Of a stretch of DNA of 64,000 bases, positions 59,988 through 64,000 are shown piece by piece. The position numbers and the translations under genes were made by a program. Position 1 is the first letter of the stretch; every line of letters begins with the position of its first letter. Source of the DNA: Dokdonella ginsengisoli (lineage in GTDB: Bacteria; Pseudomonadota; Gammaproteobacteria; Xanthomonadales; Rhodanobacteraceae); NCBI RefSeq assembly GCF_042652785.1, contig NZ_JBHSHD010000002.1:103750-167749 (forward strand), in the 5' to 3' direction. The notes beneath the pieces are model-generated. The model did no database searches, had not been told where the DNA came from, and saw only the letters and a list, made by a program, of their open reading frames with translations.

Positions 59988-61234
59988 GAGCCTGGCGCAC
60001 GATCACCCTCCTGCTGCTCGTCGCGGCCGCCGCCGCATTCGCCTGGCACTGGCTCGCGGCCGACCCCGGCTACGTACAGGTGCGCGTGCGCGGCACCACC
60101 CTCGAGACCAGCGTGGTCGCCGCGATCGCCATGCTGCTCCTGCTGTGGGCCGTGATATCGGTGCTGTGGTGGCTGCTGCGTTTCCCGTTCCGCGCCTGGG
60201 GCCGTGCGGTGCAGCGGCGCGGCCGCGAGCGCCTCGCCGGCGGCCTCACCGCCTACGCCGACGGCGACTACGCGCAGGCCGAGCGCGAGCTGGGCAAGGT
60301 CAGCGGCCAGGCGCCGTTCCGCACGCCGGCCCTGCTCGTGCTGGCGCGCGCCGCACACGAACGTGGCGAGGACGAGCGCGCCGAGCGCGCGCTGTCCGAC
60401 GTCGACGCCTCCGGCACGCGCGCGGCCGACGCGCTGCGCGCACGCTTCCTGCTCGAACGCGGCCGTCCCGCCGAGGCGCTGTCCCTGCTCAAATCGAAGG
60501 CGGCGGACGGGCTTTCGCTGCGCGGCCGCCGCACGCTGATCGACGCCGCGCTCGCCGGCGGCGACACGCAGACCGCCCTGGACGCCCTGCCGGCGTTCGC
60601 CCGCAGCCAGTCGCTGACGCCAGAGGCGCAGGCCGCGCTGGAGACGCGCGTGCTCGACGCCGCGCACGGCGCCACGCCGGACACGGCGCGCCTGAACGCG
60701 CTGTGGACCGCGGCGACGCGCGCGCAGCGGCGGCGCCCGGAGCTGGTGGCCGCGTTCGCGCGGCGCTCCGCCGCGCTCGGCCAGACGCTGGCCGCGATGG
60801 ACGAGATCGAATCGGCCCTGCGCCGCGAATGGAACGAGGATCTCGCCGCCGCCTACGCCGAACTCGGCGGCGACGAGCTGGCTGCGCGTGCGCGCAAGGC
60901 CGAGGGCTGGCTCGCGCTCGCACCGAACAGCCCGGCCCTGCTGACGACGATCGGCCGCCTGTACGCCGCGCAGTCGCAGTGGGCCAAGGCCGAGGAAGCG
61001 CTCGAACGCGCGCTCGGCCTGGCGCCGACGCCGGCCGCCTGGGAGGTCCTCGGCGACTACCGCCGCGGCCAGGGCGACGCGGCCGCCGCGAGCGTGTGCT
61101 ACGCGAACGCGCTGCGCGTGGCGCGTGGCGAGGCGAGCGAGCCGGTGGGACCGCGCCTGCCGCTCGACACGCGGCCGATCGCGTTCGAGGAACGCAGCGA
61201 ACACGGCGTGCCGCGGTTGCCGGCGGCGAAGTAG
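59984..61234 (+). CDS. hemY: HemY-like protein (HemY_N + TPR).
   Basis: The ATG overlaps the hemX stop. Two N-terminal TM helices (MRAWRTITLLLLVAAAAAFAWHWL...) are followed by TPR-like repeats. The N-terminal 313 codons of the listed ORF 59045..61234 are noise. Confidence 0.8.
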   Translation: MRAWRTITLLLLVAAAAAFAWHWLAADPGYVQVRVRGTTLETSVVAAIAMLLLLWAVISVLWWLLRFPFRAWGRAVQRRGRERLAGGLTAYADGDYAQAERELGKVSGQAPFRTPALLVLARAAHERGEDERAERALSDVDASGTRAADALRARFLLERGRPAEALSLLKSKAADGLSLRGRRTLIDAALAGGDTQTALDALPAFARSQSLTPEAQAALETRVLDAAHGATPDTARLNALWTAATRAQRRRPELVAAFARRSAALGQTLAAMDEIESALRREWNEDLAAAYAELGGDELAARARKAEGWLALAPNSPALLTTIGRLYAAQSQWAKAEEALERALGLAPTPAAWEVLGDYRRGQGDAAAASVCYANALRVARGEASEPVGPRLPLDTRPIAFEERSEHGVPRLPAAK

Positions 61235-61266
61235 CCGTAGCGTTCGACGGGAGAACGGAGGTGGAG

Positions 61267-61779
61267 ATGGAGATGAAGATGCGACGGAGTCTGTGCGCGC
61301 TGGCGCTCGCCGCGATGCTGGCCCTGCCGGCGTCCGGCCGCGCGGCGGACCGCGACGAGGCGCGCGACGAGAACGAAGTGGTGCTGGTCGAGCGCGGCGA
61401 CGCCGACATGACGGCCGCGATCGCGCAGGCGCGCGCCAAGCTCGACGAATTCCTCGTCGTCGCCGCGAACCCGCCGGCCGGCACGTCGGACTTCAAGCTC
61501 AAGGTGGCCGTGCGCGACGGCGAGGACACCGAGCATTTCTGGGTGACGCCGTTCCGCGTCGCCGGCAAGGGCTTCAAGGGCACGCTGGCGAACGAGCCGC
61601 AGATCGTCTCCAACGTCGAGGCCGGCGAGGAGATCGAGTTCTCGCGCGCCGACGTCTCCGACTGGGGCTACACCAAGAACGGCCGCCAGGTCGGCAGCTA
61701 CACCGTCTGCGTCTTGTTCAAGCAGATGCCGAAGGAACAGGCCGAGTACTACCGCAAGAACCACGGCTTCGACTGCTGA
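61267..61779 (+). CDS. Secreted hypothetical protein, possibly DUF2314/YegJ-like.
   Basis: GGAGG lies 6 nt before the ATG. MRRSLCALALAAMLALPASGRAA is a signal peptide. 170 aa. Confidence 0.6.
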   Translation: MEMKMRRSLCALALAAMLALPASGRAADRDEARDENEVVLVERGDADMTAAIAQARAKLDEFLVVAANPPAGTSDFKLKVAVRDGEDTEHFWVTPFRVAGKGFKGTLANEPQIVSNVEAGEEIEFSRADVSDWGYTKNGRQVGSYTVCVLFKQMPKEQAEYYRKNHGFDC

Positions 61780-61795
61780 AGCCGCCGGCGGGCGC

Positions 61796-62362
61796 TCAGC
61801 GCTCGATCGTGCCGCTGCCGCCGACGCGGCCGTTGAGCAGGTTCACCACGCGCAGGAAGCGCGCGTCGCCGAAGTCGTAGACCCACTCCTCGCGGCGCTG
61901 GTCGCGCCAGCGTTCCACGCCGGGCAGCGGACGGCGCACGATCGTGTCTTCCTGGACGCGCCGCGAGGCCGGCTCGCCGCAGCGCGCGTACAGCTCGCCG
62001 GCGGTCATGCCGCCGTAGTCGCGCATCGGGTTGCAGTCGCTGCCGATCTCGTCGACGCCATAGCCGAGCGTCTCCTCGCGGATCAGCTCGCCGTCGCGGA
62101 ACAGGAACTGGCGCATGAACTGGCGCGGGCCGAAGTTGTAGTACCACACGTCGTACTGCACCGTGCGCTGGCGCTCGACCGGGCCATAGGCGCCGATCAC
62201 GTCGACGCTGGTGTAGCGGTCGGTCCAGAACGGCGCGCCGCAGCGCTCCTGCACCTGGAAGTCCTGCAGGCCTTCGCTGACGACGCGGTTGCCGCAGCGC
62301 ATCGCGAACGCGCTCGGCGCGGCGAACAGCAGGAACAGGACCAGCAGGGCGCGAGGGTTCAT
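61796..62362 (-). CDS. Secreted Cys-containing hypothetical protein, possibly DUF2845-like.
   Basis: MNPRALLVLFLLFAAPSAFA is a signal peptide. Four Cys. The ATG was mapped at 62360-62362. Confidence 0.55.
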   Translation of the reverse strand: MNPRALLVLFLLFAAPSAFAMRCGNRVVSEGLQDFQVQERCGAPFWTDRYTSVDVIGAYGPVERQRTVQYDVWYYNFGPRQFMRQFLFRDGELIREETLGYGVDEIGSDCNPMRDYGGMTAGELYARCGEPASRRVQEDTIVRRPLPGVERWRDQRREEWVYDFGDARFLRVVNLLNGRVGGSGTIER

Positions 62363-62419
62363 GGCGGACATTCCGGGGCGGCGGCGCGTGGCGATGGACA
62401 AGGGACGAGGAAGCAAGTT

Positions 62420-63469
62420 CTACCAGCCGTGCAGACCGGCGCGACCGCCGAGGATCTTGGCGATCACGTCCGGCGCGTAGTCGAACGAATCGTAATACAG
62501 CCGCTCCTCCGGCAGGCCCGCCTGCACGAAGGCACGGCGCCCGGCGTCGATCATCGTCGGCGGCCCGCTCATGTACAGGTCGAAGCCGCCGAGATCGGGC
62601 TGGTCCTCGAGCACCGCCTCGTGCACGAGGCCCTGCCGATCGTCGCCGGCCGCTGCGTCGGACAGTACCGGGACGTAGCGGAAGCCGGGAACGTCGCGCG
62701 CCCAGCGCTCGGGCAGGCCGCGCAGGTACAGGTCCTCGGCCGAGCGCACGCCCCAGTAGAAGCCGATCGGACGGCGCGTGCCCAGGTGCAGGAAATGCTC
62801 GATCAGCGCCTTCACCGGCGCGAAGCCGGTGCCGCCGGCGACGAACAGCAGCGGCCGCTCGCTGTCCTCGCGCGGCACGAGGGTGCCGAGCGGACCTTCG
62901 ATCTTCAGCAGCGCGCCGGGCTTCATTTCGTCGAACACATGCGAGGTGAAGCCGCCGCCGGCGACGTGGCGCACGTGCAGCTCGATCGCGTCGCTCTCGT
63001 GCGGTGCGTTGGCGATCGAGAACGCGCGCCGCTTGCCGTCCTCCAGCAGCACGTCCAGGTACTGGCCCGGCAGCCGGCGCAGGCGCTCGCCGCGCGCGGC
63101 GAGCAGGATCAGCCGCACGACGTCGCTGCCGAGCAGGGCCTTGTCGACCAGCTTCAGCGTCAGCCGGCGCAGCGGGACGTCGGCGACCGAAGCGACCTCG
63201 CGCGCGGCGACGAGAAGATCGGTGACCGGCACCGCCTGGCACAGCAGCACCTGGTGGCGCAGCCGCTCGACCGCGTTCAGCGCGCTGGGCGGATTGCGCG
63301 GATAGATGCACTCGCCTTCAATCAGGGTCGCCTTGCAGCTGCCGCACACGCCGGCCAGGCACGAGTACGGCAGGGCGAGATGGGCACGGCGCGCGGCTTC
63401 CAGCACGGTTTCGCCGGCGGCGACGCGGAAGCGCTTGCCGCTGGCCTGCAAGGTGACGGTGAACGACAT
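62420..63469 (-). CDS. 2Fe-2S ferredoxin / FAD / NAD(P)-binding oxidoreductase (ferredoxin-NAD(P)+ reductase family, AscD/phenol-hydroxylase-reductase-like).
   Basis: The N-terminal plant-type ferredoxin CxxxxCxxC is CLAGVCGSCKA. The FAD site is RAFSIAN. The NAD site is LFVAGGTGFAP. The ATG was mapped at 63467-63469. Confidence 0.8.
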   Translation of the reverse strand: MSFTVTLQASGKRFRVAAGETVLEAARRAHLALPYSCLAGVCGSCKATLIEGECIYPRNPPSALNAVERLRHQVLLCQAVPVTDLLVAAREVASVADVPLRRLTLKLVDKALLGSDVVRLILLAARGERLRRLPGQYLDVLLEDGKRRAFSIANAPHESDAIELHVRHVAGGGFTSHVFDEMKPGALLKIEGPLGTLVPREDSERPLLFVAGGTGFAPVKALIEHFLHLGTRRPIGFYWGVRSAEDLYLRGLPERWARDVPGFRYVPVLSDAAAGDDRQGLVHEAVLEDQPDLGGFDLYMSGPPTMIDAGRRAFVQAGLPEERLYYDSFDYAPDVIAKILGGRAGLHGW

Positions 63470-63562
63470 GGCGCGATTGTCGCCGATGCGCCGCACAGGC
63501 GGGAACCGTGCGGCCGGCGCGACGACGCTTGCTATAGTGCCGGCCCCGCATCGGAGGCGCGC

Positions 63563-63994
63563 ATGGGTATCTGGAAACAGGCGGTCGACCGCGAACGGCT
63601 CGACGCGATCGGCCAGGGCTGCATGGTCGAGCACCTGGGCATCCGCATCGTCGAGGTCGGCGAAGACTTCCTGCGCGGCTCGATGCCGGTCGACGCGCGC
63701 ACGCGCCAGCCGTACGGCCTGCTGCACGGCGGCGCCTCGGTCGCGCTGGCCGAAACGCTCGGCAGCCTCGCCGGCATGCTCGTGCTCGACCCGGCGCGCA
63801 ACGAGGTCGTCGTCGGCCTGGACATCAACGCCAACCACCTGCGCGCCAAGACCGAAGGCACCGTCACCGGCACCGCGCGGGCGGTGCACGTCGGTCGCGC
63901 GACGCAGGTGTGGGAGATCCGCATCGAGGACGAGTCCGGCCGGCTGGTGTGCATCTCGCGGCTGACCCTGGCCGTGATCCCGAAGCCGGCCTAG
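63563..63994 (+). CDS. PaaI/YbdB-type hotdog-fold thioesterase.
   Basis: LLHGGASVALAETLGS and the hotdog core identify the family. GGAGG lies 6 nt before the ATG. It is the last 144 codons of the listed ORF 62429..63994. Confidence 0.8.
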   Translation: MGIWKQAVDRERLDAIGQGCMVEHLGIRIVEVGEDFLRGSMPVDARTRQPYGLLHGGASVALAETLGSLAGMLVLDPARNEVVVGLDINANHLRAKTEGTVTGTARAVHVGRATQVWEIRIEDESGRLVCISRLTLAVIPKPA

Positions 63995-64000
63995 GCGAGC

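Overview
High-GC (about 68-70%) gammaproteobacterial DNA. Gene content and order point to Xanthomonadales (Lysobacter, Luteimonas or Xanthomonas type): a glnA / TorF-like porin / glnK / amtB nitrogen locus, phoP-phoQ, a TPR-sulfotransferase, and an ECF sigma / Ser-Thr kinase pair. I call about 55 protein genes, two adjacent tRNAs (Met-CAU, Thr-CGU), one candidate cis-regulatory RNA, and several promoter, operator and terminator elements.

Gene content in window order:
- 1-5.1 kb: a glycosylation-type cluster. A DUF4214 / coiled-coil / SAM-methyltransferase protein is followed by three tandem GT4 glycosyltransferases. A lipoprotein N-terminus lies on the opposite strand at the window edge.
- 5.3-7.7 kb: a PepSY-phoP-phoQ operon.
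- 7.8-9.4 kb: a TPR-sulfotransferase.
- 9.5-13.8 kb: amtB, glnK, a TorF-like porin and glnA. glnA has a textbook sigma54 promoter and an NtrC palindrome.
- 14.0-14.8 kb: uppP.
- 14.8-17.6 kb: phhA, a rhomboid protease, and a TerC-family gene. TerC is preceded by a candidate yybP-ykoY (Mn2+) riboswitch with a terminator expression platform.
- 17.9-19.5 kb: a Gly/Asn/Trp- and Gln-rich low-complexity protein that looks tail-anchored.
- 19.6-22.1 kb: a low-GC, horizontally-acquired-looking island encoding two secreted proteins of unknown function.
- 22.1-30.5 kb: rlmI, a secreted twin retropepsin-PDZ protease, an ArsR-like regulator, a large secreted protein with a C-terminal CxxCH motif, folE, and an MFS transporter.
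- 30.9-34.2 kb: tRNA-Met and tRNA-Thr with no spacer, an SPFH protein, and a split thioredoxin / DsbD-N redox pair.
- 34.4-40.6 kb: small membrane and secreted proteins, an RTX-repeat protein with an HExxH metalloprotease-like domain and a downstream candidate cognate periplasmic protein, DUF938 and Dph6-like genes.
- 41.1-47.8 kb: an ECF sigma / Ser-Thr kinase pair next to a 1019-aa secreted protein.
- 47.9-53.0 kb: a SWIM-SNF2 ATPase and an HTH-HipA-like kinase. The kinase is preceded by GAATAGA iterons and a HipB-operator-like palindrome.
- 53.0-64.0 kb: indolepyruvate ferredoxin oxidoreductase with an upstream fatty-acid hydroxylase, hemD-hemX-hemY, two small secreted proteins, a ferredoxin-NAD(P) reductase, and a PaaI thioesterase.

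No rRNA, CRISPR array or transposase was seen. All homology calls come from motif recognition and memory, not from database searches. Coordinates for non-coding elements are approximate to a few nucleotides.
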